DNA of 64,000 bases from Collinsella sp. (lineage in GTDB: Bacteria > Actinomycetota > Coriobacteriia > Coriobacteriales > Coriobacteriaceae), in the NCBI GenBank assembly GCA_019419445.1, contig DXZX01000005.1, positions 10,196 through 74,195 of the forward strand. Reading direction: 5' to 3'. Of the stretch, positions 1 through 10,400 are shown piece after piece. Every line of letters starts with the position of its first letter. Within the stretch, counting starts at the first letter, position 1. The position numbers and the translations under genes are program-made. A model generated the notes under the pieces. It saw only the letters and a list, made by a program, of their open reading frames with translations. It had not been told where the DNA came from and searched no databases.

Positions 1-1
1 C

Positions 2-1009
2 CAGGCATGCGAGGAAGCGCTCACTTCCCTTAAATACTTTTGCGAAGATGCTCCCGAGTATTACGTTGCGGCTGCCGGGTCGCTTCTTGGGGTTGCCATT
101 AACCATCAGTCGTATTCGTTCCCCGTCGGAAAGACCGACTTGATTGAGATGACTCCACTCGATTTCGAGGAGTTTCTCTGGGCGATGGGGCACGATCAGC
201 TGGTCGACGAGATACGCTCATCATTCGAGATAATGGGTCCTCTTGCGCCAAGCCTTCATGAAAAGGCGCTTGGGCTCTATCGACAGTATCTTGTTGTTGG
301 CGGAATGCCCGAGGCGGTCCAAACGTACATCGATGATCAGTCAATCATTGATGTGGCCGATAAGCATCGGATTATTCTCGACGGATATTCCGCCGACACC
401 AATAAATATGCTGATGAACGCTTGAGCGCAAAGACGCGTGCGTGCTTCGATTCCATTCCACAGCAGCTTGCCAAAGAGAATCGTAAATTTCAATACAAGG
501 TAGTGCGAGCGGGGGGCAATGCGCCTCTCTTTGGAGATGCTCTCGATTGGCTTGTATTGTCGGGTACGGTGGCGCGCTGCAGCCTAGTCGGGCAGATCGA
601 AAGCCCTTTAGAGGCCTTCGTTAACCCTTCTGCTTTTAAAATCTATCAGGCGGATACAGGGCTGCTGGTCTCCAAGGCCGGTGCTCAACGCGCCGATATT
701 CTTGCCGGTATCGGCGGCACATTCATGGGTGCACTTACCGAAAACTACGTTGCCCAACAGCTTTCAGCCATGGGTTATCCACTGCATTATTGGGCGCGAG
801 ATAATCGTGCGGAAATCGACTTTGTAGTAGAGAAGCAGGGATGCTTGTCTGCGATTGAAGTCAAGGCGGGGGAGAACACAAGATCTCGAAGTCTGCCCTC
901 ACTTAAAAAGACCCATCCGGGCGTGCGCCTTATCAGGCTATCGACTAAGCCCTTTGGAATGAATGATGGGCTTATGTCTGTTCCGCTTTATGCGGCATTT
1001 TGTCTATAG
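2..1009 (+). CDS. AAA+ ATP-binding protein, AAA_14/DUF4143 type, with C-terminal PD-(D/E)XK-like motif (5'-truncated by the window edge)
   Basis: Frame is open from base 2 (QACEEALTSLKYFCEDAPEYYVAAAGSLLG...FPVGK). Contains YLVVGGMPEAV, KIYQADTGLL and C-terminal EIDFVVE...AIEVKAG. Confidence 0.85.
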   Translation, partial: QACEEALTSLKYFCEDAPEYYVAAAGSLLGVAINHQSYSFPVGKTDLIEMTPLDFEEFLWAMGHDQLVDEIRSSFEIMGPLAPSLHEKALGLYRQYLVVGGMPEAVQTYIDDQSIIDVADKHRIILDGYSADTNKYADERLSAKTRACFDSIPQQLAKENRKFQYKVVRAGGNAPLFGDALDWLVLSGTVARCSLVGQIESPLEAFVNPSAFKIYQADTGLLVSKAGAQRADILAGIGGTFMGALTENYVAQQLSAMGYPLHYWARDNRAEIDFVVEKQGCLSAIEVKAGENTRSRSLPSLKKTHPGVRLIRLSTKPFGMNDGLMSVPLYAAFCL

Positions 1010-1031
1010 GGATGATGCTGGTGTAATGCAT

Positions 1032-1069
1032 GGGGCCCGGGGCGCAGCGTTTACTGCGCTCCGGGCCCC
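1032..1069. terminator. GC-rich hairpin between convergent genes
   Basis: GGGGCCCGGGGCGCAG...CTGCGCTCCGGGCCCC inverted repeat. Confidence 0.7.
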
Positions 1070-1108
1070 GCTGCTTTGTAAAACCATGACGGTTTAGTCG
1101 CCGTTGTT

Positions 1109-3349
1109 TTAGTCAAACAAACTCGGCATGTCATTTTCCTTCATGAGGGCGCCGGCGGAGGGCAGGCTCTGCGCGGTGAACTTCTCGGCCGAGACGCCGG
1201 CGCCAAGGATTTCCTCGGTCGTGCCGACGGTGGTGACCGAGCGGCCCTTCTTGGCCGTAAAGGCCTGGACGCCCTGCGTGTTGGTGGTCGTCTTGGTCTT
1301 GAGCAGCGACGTGTTGAAGTTCATCAGACGGTAGTCGCTCGAGACCAGCGCGATGTCGCGATCTTCCTTGAGCACCTGGGCATACAGCAGCTTGCTGCCA
1401 CCATAGATGGCGTTTTTGAGGCGCTTGCGGTTGGTCTTGGTAACGTATCCGGCAAGCGCGACACGCACCACGCGGCCGTTCTCAAAGACGAACAGCACGT
1501 CGGCCTTGTAGTCCTCGGGGTCGATGACCCAGATGACACTCTCGTCGGGTTCCATCTCAAGATCGGTGGGCAGGTACGAGCCCAGCTGGGCGGACTTGGT
1601 GTCCTCAAACGCCGCAACCTTGCACTTGTACACCTGGCTCTTGTTGGTAAAGACCAGCAGCTCGTGGGTGTTGGAGGACGGGAACTCGATAAAGGGTTTG
1701 TCGCCGTCCTTGTACTTGAGCGTGGTCGCCTTCTTGAGTACGCGGTCCGTCATCTTCTTAAGGTAGCCGTCGCGCGACAGCATGATCGTAACCGGGTACT
1801 CCTCGACCTCGGGTTCCAAGCTCACCTCGATGACCTCATGGGGCTCGATCCTGCCCGTGCGGCGCGGCATCACGTACTTCTTGTTGACCGCGGCCAGCTC
1901 GTCGCTGATGACCTTCTTGATGTTGTCCTCGCTCGAGAGGATCTCCTCGAGCTCGGCGATCTCACCTTCGAGCTTGGCGATATCCTTGGTGCGGTTGAGG
2001 ATGTACTCCTCGTTGATGTTGCGGAGCTTAAGCTCGGCGACAAACTCGGCCTGGGTCTCGTCGATATCGAAGCCGCGCATAAGGTTGGGTACGACCTCGG
2101 CTTCGAGCTTGGTGCCGCGGATGATGGCGATGGCCTTGTCGATGTCGAGCAGAATCGCCTCGAGGCCGTGCAGCAGGTGCAGGCGCTCGGACTTTTTTCC
2201 CAGGTCAAAGTTAATGCGGCGACGCGTGGACTGGATGCGCCACTTGACCCACTCGTGCAAGATCTGGCGCACGCCCATAACGCGGGGATAGCCGTCGACG
2301 AGTACGTTGAAGTTGCACGAGAATGAATCCTGCAGCGTGGTCGAGCGATAGAGCTTGGCCATGAGCTTGTCGGGGTCGACGCCGCGCTTAAGGTCGATGG
2401 CGATGCGCAGACCCGAAAGGTCGGTCTCGTCGCGGATGTCAGCAATCTCCTTGACCTTGCCCTCTTTGGAGAGCTTGACGATGCGCTCGATGATGACATC
2501 GGTCTTGGTGGTGTAGGGAATCTCGTACACTTCGATGATGCGCTCTTCGGGAATCCAGCGCCAGCGGGAGCGGATTTGGAAGCTGCCAAGGCCGGTCTCG
2601 ACGATCTTCTCCATCTCCTCGCGGCGGTAGATAATCTCGCCGCCGGTCGAGAAGTCGGGCATGGGCATATATTCGAGCAGGTCGCAGTCGGGATCCTGCA
2701 GGTAGTGCATCGTGGCGGTGCAGACCTCGTTGAGGTTGAAACCGCAAATATCGGACGCCATAGCGACGCCGATGCCCTTGTTGGCCGAGACAAGGATGTT
2801 GGGGAACGTGGTGGGCAGCAGGCGCGGCTCCTTCATGGCGCCGTCGTAGCTGTCGACGAAGTCGACCGGGTCCTTGTCGATGTCCTTGAAGATCTCGGCG
2901 CTGATGGGGGAGAGCTTGGCCTCGGTATAGCGCGAGGCGGCGTAGCTCAGGTCGCCCGAATAGTACTTGCCAAAGTTGCCCTTCGACTCCACGAAGGGGG
3001 CGAGCAGCGCCTCGTTGCCGGTGGCCAGGCGCACCATCGTCTCGTAGATGGCGGCATCGCCGTGCGGGTTGAGCTTCATGGTCTGGCCCACGATGTTGGC
3101 GCTCTTCTGACGCTCGCCCTTGAGCAGACCCATCTTGTACATGGTGTAGAGCAGTTTGCGATGCGAGGGCTTAAAGCCGTCGATCTCGGGGAATGCGCGC
3201 GAGACGTTGACGCTCATGGCATAGGGCATGTAGTTGACCTCGAGCGTCTGCGTGATCGGCTGATCGGTGACCTCGGAGTGCAGGCCGATGACGTTCTCGG
3301 CGTTGACCTGCTTTTTCTTTGGCTGGTTCTTCGTCTTCTTCTTTGTCAC
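1109..3349 (-). CDS. Type IIA DNA topoisomerase subunit A (ParC/GyrA family, no GyrA box; topo IV-like)
   Basis: DGFKPSHRK, NPHGDAAIYETMVRLA, catalytic AASRYTE, IRDETD. GTG start. Confidence 0.92.
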   Translation of the reverse strand: MTKKKTKNQPKKKQVNAENVIGLHSEVTDQPITQTLEVNYMPYAMSVNVSRAFPEIDGFKPSHRKLLYTMYKMGLLKGERQKSANIVGQTMKLNPHGDAAIYETMVRLATGNEALLAPFVESKGNFGKYYSGDLSYAASRYTEAKLSPISAEIFKDIDKDPVDFVDSYDGAMKEPRLLPTTFPNILVSANKGIGVAMASDICGFNLNEVCTATMHYLQDPDCDLLEYMPMPDFSTGGEIIYRREEMEKIVETGLGSFQIRSRWRWIPEERIIEVYEIPYTTKTDVIIERIVKLSKEGKVKEIADIRDETDLSGLRIAIDLKRGVDPDKLMAKLYRSTTLQDSFSCNFNVLVDGYPRVMGVRQILHEWVKWRIQSTRRRINFDLGKKSERLHLLHGLEAILLDIDKAIAIIRGTKLEAEVVPNLMRGFDIDETQAEFVAELKLRNINEEYILNRTKDIAKLEGEIAELEEILSSEDNIKKVISDELAAVNKKYVMPRRTGRIEPHEVIEVSLEPEVEEYPVTIMLSRDGYLKKMTDRVLKKATTLKYKDGDKPFIEFPSSNTHELLVFTNKSQVYKCKVAAFEDTKSAQLGSYLPTDLEMEPDESVIWVIDPEDYKADVLFVFENGRVVRVALAGYVTKTNRKRLKNAIYGGSKLLYAQVLKEDRDIALVSSDYRLMNFNTSLLKTKTTTNTQGVQAFTAKKGRSVTTVGTTEEILGAGVSAEKFTAQSLPSAGALMKENDMPSLFD

Positions 3350-3394
3350 GATTTCCTCTTGAACTTCTTATGGGCCGTCGTTATCGATTTGCTG

Positions 3395-5392
3395 CTATTG
3401 CAGGTCCAGCTGGTCCAGGTATTCCTTGCCGTGCTCGGAGATGTGGCGCTTGCGGCTCGCCTCGTCGTTGCCCAGTAGCAGGTTGAACATGGTCTCCATC
3501 TTGGTGACGTCCTCGGGCTCCACCTTGATCAGGCGACGCGTCTCGGGGTTCATGGTGGTGAGCCACATCATGTCCGGATCGTTCTCACCAAGACCTTTGG
3601 AGCGGTTGATTGAGCACTTCTGGTCGCCGATCTCCTTGAGGATGCCGTTCTTCTCGAGCTCGGTGTAGGCAAAGTAGGTCTTCTCTTTGCAGTTGATCTC
3701 GTAGAGCGGCGACTCGGCGATATAGACGTAGCCCTCGTCGATAAGCGTGGGCACCAGGCGGTAGAGCATGGTGAGTACGAGCGTGCGGATGTGATAACCG
3801 TCGACGTCGGCGTCCGTACAGATGATGACCTTGTTCCAGTTGAGATTATCCAGGTCAAAGGCGCCAAGGTTCTTGATGCGCTTGTCCTTGATCTCCACAC
3901 CGCAGCCCAGCACGCGCATGAGGTCCATGATGATGTCGGACTTAAAGATGCGCGGGTAATCCTCCTTCAGGCAGTTGAGGATCTTGCCGCGGACGGGCAT
4001 AACGCCCTGGAACTCGGCATCGCGCGACGTGCGGATGGCACCTGCTGCCGAGTCGCCCTCTACGATGTAGATCTCGCGACGGTTCTTGTCCTTGGAGCGG
4101 CAGTCGATGAACTTCTGCACGCGGTTGGCCATGTCGGTCTTCTGCTGCAGGTTGGTCTTGATGCTCTGACGCGTCTTCTCGGCGTTCTCGCGCGAGCGCT
4201 TGTTAATGAGCACCTGCTCCATAATCTTGTTGGCGGCGTCTTTGTTCTCGATCAGATAGGTCGAGAGGCGCTCCTTAAAGAATGCCGTCATCGCCTGCTG
4301 GATAAAGCGGTTGTTGATGGCCTTCTTGGTCTGGTTTTCGTAGGACGTCTGGGTGGAGAAGCAGTTGGTCACCAGAACCAGGCAGTCCTGGACGTCCTGC
4401 CATTTGATGCCACTCTCGTTTTTGTTGTACTTGCCCTGTTGCTTGATGTAGGCATCGATGGCGCTGGTCAGAGCGCTTCGAGCCGCCTTCTCGGGCGAGC
4501 CACCGTTCTCGAGCCACGATGAGTTGTGGTAATACTCCTGCATCATGAAGGTGCGCGAGAAGCACATGCACGCGGTGATCTTTACGTTGTAGTCGGGCAG
4601 GTCCTCGCGGTCGCGACCGCGGCGGTCGGCCTCGATAAAGAAGGGCTCAGTAAGGTAGTCGGTACCGACCTTCTCGAGCACATAGTCCTCGATGCCCTTG
4701 GGATAGCAGAAGTCCTCTTCGGAAAACTCGCCATCGTCGCCCTCGATACGCAGACGGAAGGTCACGTTGGCATTGACCACGGCCTGGCGGCGCATGGTCT
4801 CGCGATACCAATCGTGGGGAATGCTGATGGAGGTAAAGACCTCAAGATCGGGGCGCCACTTGATGGTGGTGCCGGTACGGTTCTCGTCGCTGGGCTCAAT
4901 CTCGAGCGCCTTCTTTTTGGCGCCGACGACCTTGCCCTTTTTAAAGTGCAGGGAGTACTTGTTGCCGTCGCGCCAAACCGTGACGTCCATGTACTCGGAA
5001 GCGTACTGGGTCGCGCAGGAGCCCAGGCCGTTGGTGCCGAGCGAGAAGTCGTAGTCGCCGCCCTGGTTATTGTTGTACTTGCCGCCAGCGTAGAGCTCGC
5101 AAAAGACGAGCTCCCAGTTAAAGCGCTTCTCGGAAGGGTTCCAGTCGAGTGGGCAGCCGCGGCCGTTGTCCTCTACCTGAATGGAGCCATCGCGAAAGGC
5201 GGTAAGGGTGATGAGCTTGCCGTAGCCCTGGCGCGCCTCGTCAACGGCGTTGGACAGGATCTCGAAGGCGGCATGCGCGCAACCGTCGAGTCCGTCCGAG
5301 CCAAAGATGACGGCGGGGCGCAGGCGTACGCGCTCCTCGTCCTTGAGCTGACGAATACTGTCGTTACCATAGTTTGCGGTGTTTTTTGCCAT
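3395..5392 (-). CDS. Type IIA DNA topoisomerase subunit B (ParE/GyrB family)
   Basis: EILSNAVDE, DNGRG, GGK, ENQTK, Toprim EGDSA, PVRGKILN, DADVDG, KGLGE. Start placed at MAKNTANY rather than the ORF-track start. Confidence 0.92.
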   Translation of the reverse strand: MAKNTANYGNDSIRQLKDEERVRLRPAVIFGSDGLDGCAHAAFEILSNAVDEARQGYGKLITLTAFRDGSIQVEDNGRGCPLDWNPSEKRFNWELVFCELYAGGKYNNNQGGDYDFSLGTNGLGSCATQYASEYMDVTVWRDGNKYSLHFKKGKVVGAKKKALEIEPSDENRTGTTIKWRPDLEVFTSISIPHDWYRETMRRQAVVNANVTFRLRIEGDDGEFSEEDFCYPKGIEDYVLEKVGTDYLTEPFFIEADRRGRDREDLPDYNVKITACMCFSRTFMMQEYYHNSSWLENGGSPEKAARSALTSAIDAYIKQQGKYNKNESGIKWQDVQDCLVLVTNCFSTQTSYENQTKKAINNRFIQQAMTAFFKERLSTYLIENKDAANKIMEQVLINKRSRENAEKTRQSIKTNLQQKTDMANRVQKFIDCRSKDKNRREIYIVEGDSAAGAIRTSRDAEFQGVMPVRGKILNCLKEDYPRIFKSDIIMDLMRVLGCGVEIKDKRIKNLGAFDLDNLNWNKVIICTDADVDGYHIRTLVLTMLYRLVPTLIDEGYVYIAESPLYEINCKEKTYFAYTELEKNGILKEIGDQKCSINRSKGLGENDPDMMWLTTMNPETRRLIKVEPEDVTKMETMFNLLLGNDEASRKRHISEHGKEYLDQLDLQ

Positions 5393-5544
5393 GCTCGCTC
5401 TCTCGATACTCCTTTGCTGCGTTTTAGTCATATAGATAGTCAAATTAGCATAGCCCAGCCCATAGGCGATTCCAACCAACACGAAATCCATCGAACAATC
5501 GTTCGATTAGATAATGGATGCTTGGGATGCGGGTGGGGTCTGTC

Positions 5545-6927
5545 CTATTCAAACATCTGCGGCAGGTCGATGAAGACGGTTCGATCGCTTTCGTCAGCTT
5601 CGAAGCCCGAACGGGAGAAGAATCCGTAGCGATGGCACTTGAGCCCCGTTGCCTCGACTTGGGTGATTTCCTCGTCGACCATTTTTTGCGTGACGGGGGA
5701 TTTGCGGAACTTTGCTTCGTAGAATGCGTAGCCCTCGGGGTCTTGCGTTACCACATCGAATTCGCCGCTCGTTTTGTTTGCGGGATCGTCGTACCAGTAC
5801 TTGCCTATGGCATCGAAAGCCGGTTCGATCTTGCCAGTCCTATTTTGCCGCACGAGGTATTGACGGCAGATCTCCTCGAACATATGTGGAGTGTAGTTTT
5901 CCTCGAAGTCTTGGGAGACGTGACGATCATAGAAGACTTCCGGGTCGAGCAGCTGACGCGCAGAGGCATTGCGGAAGACGTAGCGATAGTAAAAGAGCGA
6001 AAGTGGGTCCACCACAAAGTAGCCAGACTTACGCTTATTCGTAGGGTCGTTGATGGGTGCACGCTTTTGGACGATTTCGAGCGACATGAGCTTGTCGAGT
6101 ACGTCTGCCATGGCCGGACCGCTCGAGACGTGCGACTGTGCCAGCACGTCCCCCCAACGGGAGTAACCTTGTGCGAGAGCCCCGAAAACTTCGTTGGCGT
6201 TGGTCATCTTCGAGATCTCGGCGTTGAGATAGGACGGTACTTCGCTTTCTAAGCGGGCGCCAGGTTCTGTGACGAGCTCGATGATATTGTCGCGTACGCT
6301 TTGGGACTGATCGATGAGGCGATTGTAAAAGGGGATGCCGCCAAAAACGCTATAGAGCCGCACCTTGTCCTCGGGTGAGAACGCGGGATAGAACTTTGCA
6401 GCGTCAAAGTAATCCATGGGCTTAAGCTCAAGCGCGAGATCAATTCGCCCGTAGAGGGGGCTTTCATGCTCGATGAGAGATTTCATAATCTCAACGTAGG
6501 AGCCGCACAGGACAATGTTTAAACGTGAGTCTTCCCTGTGAGCGTCGATTGAGGTCTGGAGAATGCTGTCTAAGCCTTTAACCGCATCTCTCAAGTAGGG
6601 GTATTCGTCGAGAACGAGGGTAATGTTCTTGTCTTTGGCTTGGGCAAACAGAAATTCGATGAGCTCGCGGATGCCCGTGAAGGCGAGCGGAGGAAAGCTT
6701 AGCGCTTCAGCAGCAAGGGCGGACAGACTCTCGAGGTTGTCTGCCTCGGAGGTTTGGCGGCACTCGTAATAGATCGTTGCGACGTCCGATAAATCGGTTA
6801 GCGCCTGCTTGATGAGCTCACTTTTGCCGACGCGACGCCTTCCGTAAATGAGAACATTGCGCTGCTCGGGCGCATTGAGTGTTTTCTTAATACGGGCGAG
6901 TTCAAGCCCCCTGCCAATGAATTCCAC
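5545..6927 (-). CDS. ATPase (archaeal-ATPase/DUF234 type) with C-terminal PD-(D/E)XK-like domain
   Basis: MEFIGR start, Walker A GRRRVGKS, Walker B LVLDEYPYL, SPLYGR, GGIPFY, C-terminal GEFDVV...FYEAKF. Confidence 0.88.
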   Translation of the reverse strand: MEFIGRGLELARIKKTLNAPEQRNVLIYGRRRVGKSELIKQALTDLSDVATIYYECRQTSEADNLESLSALAAEALSFPPLAFTGIRELIEFLFAQAKDKNITLVLDEYPYLRDAVKGLDSILQTSIDAHREDSRLNIVLCGSYVEIMKSLIEHESPLYGRIDLALELKPMDYFDAAKFYPAFSPEDKVRLYSVFGGIPFYNRLIDQSQSVRDNIIELVTEPGARLESEVPSYLNAEISKMTNANEVFGALAQGYSRWGDVLAQSHVSSGPAMADVLDKLMSLEIVQKRAPINDPTNKRKSGYFVVDPLSLFYYRYVFRNASARQLLDPEVFYDRHVSQDFEENYTPHMFEEICRQYLVRQNRTGKIEPAFDAIGKYWYDDPANKTSGEFDVVTQDPEGYAFYEAKFRKSPVTQKMVDEEITQVEATGLKCHRYGFFSRSGFEADESDRTVFIDLPQMFE

Positions 6928-6929
6928 TT

Positions 6930-7033
6930 ACTCGGTTCCTTCCGACTCGGTTTTGTCCGAGTTAATTGTATCGCATGAATAAGTTTATGCTCGAGTTTAC
7001 TCGGACAAAACCGAGTCGGTTTTGTCCGAGTAA
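6930..7033. promoter_or_regulatory. Array of four ACTCGG-N6-CCGAGT-like pseudo-palindromes, including a perfect 37-bp palindrome (6997-7033); putative operator
   Basis: Copies at 6930-6947, 6945-6962, 6999-7016 and 7014-7031, directly upstream of the ATPase start codon. Confidence 0.65.
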
Positions 7034-7066
7034 GTTTGAATAGCGAATCGAAATTGTTATGTCCAC

Positions 7067-7315
7067 ATGGCGATGGCGAACATGGTTTCCATAAGCGCCG
7101 CGTTCGCGCTTGTTATTGCCGCAATGCGCTGTATCGCTGAGGCGCAGATCGTACCGCTCGAAAGCGTCTTTTGGTTGGCGAACCTGGCCACGGGCGTGTT
7201 CTGCGGTGCGACGATTTTCGCGGCCACGTTTGCTGTCCTGTGCGCAACGTTTTTCACGGCGAAAAGGCGCCGCGCCAAGATCGAAGCCGAGCTCGACTCC
7301 GCTGGCGACATCTAA
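7067..7315 (+). CDS. Small hypothetical membrane protein (possibly a gene fragment)
   Basis: 82 aa with two hydrophobic segments and a basic KRRR stretch; no clear RBS. Confidence 0.4.
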   Translation: MAMANMVSISAAFALVIAAMRCIAEAQIVPLESVFWLANLATGVFCGATIFAATFAVLCATFFTAKRRRAKIEAELDSAGDI

Positions 7316-7405
7316 TGCGTAATGGGCCGGCTCTGGGTATCCAGAACCAGCCCATTTTGATGTTCGATGAGCCGAGTCGGCGTCTCTCGTAAAAGCAACT
7401 AGGAG

Positions 7406-10400
7406 CTAGCGAGGCTCATCTGAATTGACCTCATCGGCGGTGTCTTTTTCGAATGCCGTGCGGCGGGCGCTGTAGGCGACGAGGCCGGCGCCTGCCGCGG
7501 CGAGTGCTGCGGCGGCTGCCGCAAGGGGGACGTTGACATCGCCCGTGCCCGCAAGCGCGCCCGCTTTTCCGGAGCGCTTGTTATTGCCGTGATCCTTGCC
7601 CCTGCCAGAGCTACTGCCGCCACCGGAGCCGCTTCCGTCGGAGCCACCTCCACTCGAGCCACCGTCGCCGTCTGCTGTCATCGGGGCGTCGTGAAGTTCT
7701 GTCGTATCCGCGCTGTCGCATACGCCGACCTGAACTTCTGAGCGTTCGCATGCCGCGTCGGGCACATGAAGCTCGTGCAGTACGGCACCCAGCGCCGAGT
7801 TTGCGCCCGGTCGATTTTCCTCGAGCGTTACGGGATCGAGCGCCACCAGATTACGCGCCTTCGCATACAGCGTTACGCGTTTGCCCACTTCGTCGCTCCA
7901 ACTCTCGGGGATAGCGAAGCTCATGCGGAACTGTGCCGTGCAACCCGGTGCCAGCACGGCGTTGCCACTGTCGGCTACCAGCGGGTGCGTTGCAAAAGGT
8001 GTGCCCAGCGTTTCGAGCGCGTACTTCACGTGTGCCATGTCGTTGACCGAAGCGTCCTCGGCAAGCTCTGGATCGTAGATCGATGCCATGCGTGTGTTCG
8101 CTCCGAACCCGATGGATGCGCTGGAGAACGGCTGGCTGGAGCCCTCTCGGTACAGATCGATTGTGCCGGCGGTCAGCAAGGTGTTGCCGTCGTTTCGCAC
8201 CGTGACCATGAAGGATTCGCCTGCTGCTCCGGGCACCACCGCGCCCGAGGTAGCGACTGCGCCCGTCGGAGTGGCACACGCCACCAAGGGCACTTCGATG
8301 CCGTGTAGTTCTGGCTCGCTCTTCTCCGCGCTCACAATGTGCGTGGCGAGCGCGGAGAGCATGCTCCCCGACGTCAAAAATGTCGTTATCTGATCGACGG
8401 GATGGTCCAGCTCGCACATCACGAACGGCTCCGTAAACAGATCGTCTGCCAAGGTGCTGGCGAAGATGCGGAAGTGCTTGCCCATCACTGCTACCGGGTT
8501 GCCTTCTTCGTCGTAGGTTTGTCCCACCTTACCATCGGTGTTCTCTACATAGAGCACGCACCTGCCGTTGTTGCTTACGCTAAACGATGCCGGGCCACAG
8601 CCTGCGGCACCCACGGGCTGCGTTGCAAATGCCGATGTGCCTCGTGCCCAAGTAATATGCTGCAGTTGCTCGTTGACGGTAGCCAAAAAGCCCGTGTGCT
8701 GCGGCCACGGCACCGCGTGGGGTACTGTAGCATCTGGCGACATAACGCCCCAGCCCGCAATGGACTGGCCGATCACGGCGTACGATGCACAGCCACAACC
8801 GCCTGCAGTCTCGTATGCAACGGGCACCACCATTTTGCCGTTGATATTCTCGGGCGCGCCGAGCTCGATGCTCGACGGTGCCTGCGGAAAGCGGAGGACC
8901 TGACGGAACGTGAGACTGTCGCCCGAAACGTCCGACCACAGGGTAAAGCACTCCAGCGCAACCTCGGCCTCGCTGCCGAGCGCCTTTTCTGCGGTGGTTC
9001 CGCGGCGGTGGAGGTAGGCGCCCGACAGGCGCCCGTCGACAAGTGTCTTGCCCACCGTGATGCGTGGGCACTGCAGGCAATGGTAGCCATCCTCCTGAAG
9101 GCGGCCGCGCGAGATGCTGCGCCACGACGTGTGCGATATCACGCGGGTCTCGTCACTACTTATGCGCAGGCGCACAACGGACAGTATGCCGGATGTGCTC
9201 ACCGTATCGAAAAGGGTGTTGTCGCCGGCGGGGCGCTCGCCCGAGACCAGCAGCACGTAGGCGTCCTTGTTTCCCCTGCCGTCCGTATATTCCACCACGT
9301 CGAAGTCATAATCGAATATGCCGTCGCGCTCCACGTCGCTCTCGCCAAACCCAAGGGGGAAGTCCACGGGCGTGGGAGCGGACCACGTGCCGTTCGTCTT
9401 TGCGTGCACCACCAGGCGCGAACGACCATTCTCGCCGTAGCGCACCGAGGCGATGCGGAACAGGCATTCTACGCCGGCGATAATCGCCAGCTTCATGTGA
9501 GCTTCGCTGAGCACGCCAGTAAACAGCACGTTGTCGCTCGAGGGCTTGATGCCGCCACGCTCGTCCTCCGATACACCAGCAGAATTGGCGTTGGGGTCCG
9601 CAACGGCGTTCGTCGCCTGCCCGATATAGGTGTACTCATACATCGGCACGGCGTTTTCGTCGTTCTCTATCAGTGCATGGACGAAATGCTCGATCTGTCC
9701 CGTGTCGTCGCTCTCCGCGTCTGCCTCGAGCTCAATGCGCGTGACCGCTTGATCCCAATCGCGCACGACAGGCGCGGCGTTTACGGCAGTGGCCTTAACC
9801 TCGGCGCGTGCGAGCAGCTCGGCGTTGGTGACAATGGTGGCCGATGCGATAAATTGCGGAACGCCGCCCGCCTCGATGTTGCCGGGCGTGCCGAAGCGGG
9901 CATCCAGCGTGTAAGGCGTATCTCCTCCCAATGCGAGCTTAGAGCGCTGGAGCACATACTGATCGCCATTGTTCACCGACATATTCCACGAATCGATGAG
10001 TGTGGGCCACGACCCCGACCAAGCCTTGGTGGTCCACTTGAACATTACGAACTGGAGTATCACGTCGACATCGACGTCTGCACCTACGCGCAGCCGCGGA
10101 AGCTGGTGTCCATCTGCCTTCTCGTACCCAATGAACAGCGTGAGGGATGCGGCGCCGCGCACGGCAGACGAAGCGACGCCTGCAACGCCGGCGCCAAAGG
10201 TGACGGCAAGCCCGATCTGGATGGTGAACGAGCCCGACGTGTTTGAATAGTCGAGCGAAATGTTCTTGAAAAACGCCGCGTCGCTGCCGTGCGTGTGGGC
10301 GCCCACGGCGAGCGCCAGCTTCGCCAGCACCCAGGGGTTGACGTTTAGGAAAAACGGCACCGGTCCTAGGGTAAACTGCTCGGTCCAATTGAGGTCGGTT

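Noticed and set aside
8339..10246. Long 635-aa plus-strand ORF, and similar long antisense ORFs (37850-39439, 49438-51423, 55258-56850, 39620-41035)
   Set aside because: Shadow frames opposite well-supported genes, expected from high-GC codon bias; no motifs or RBS.
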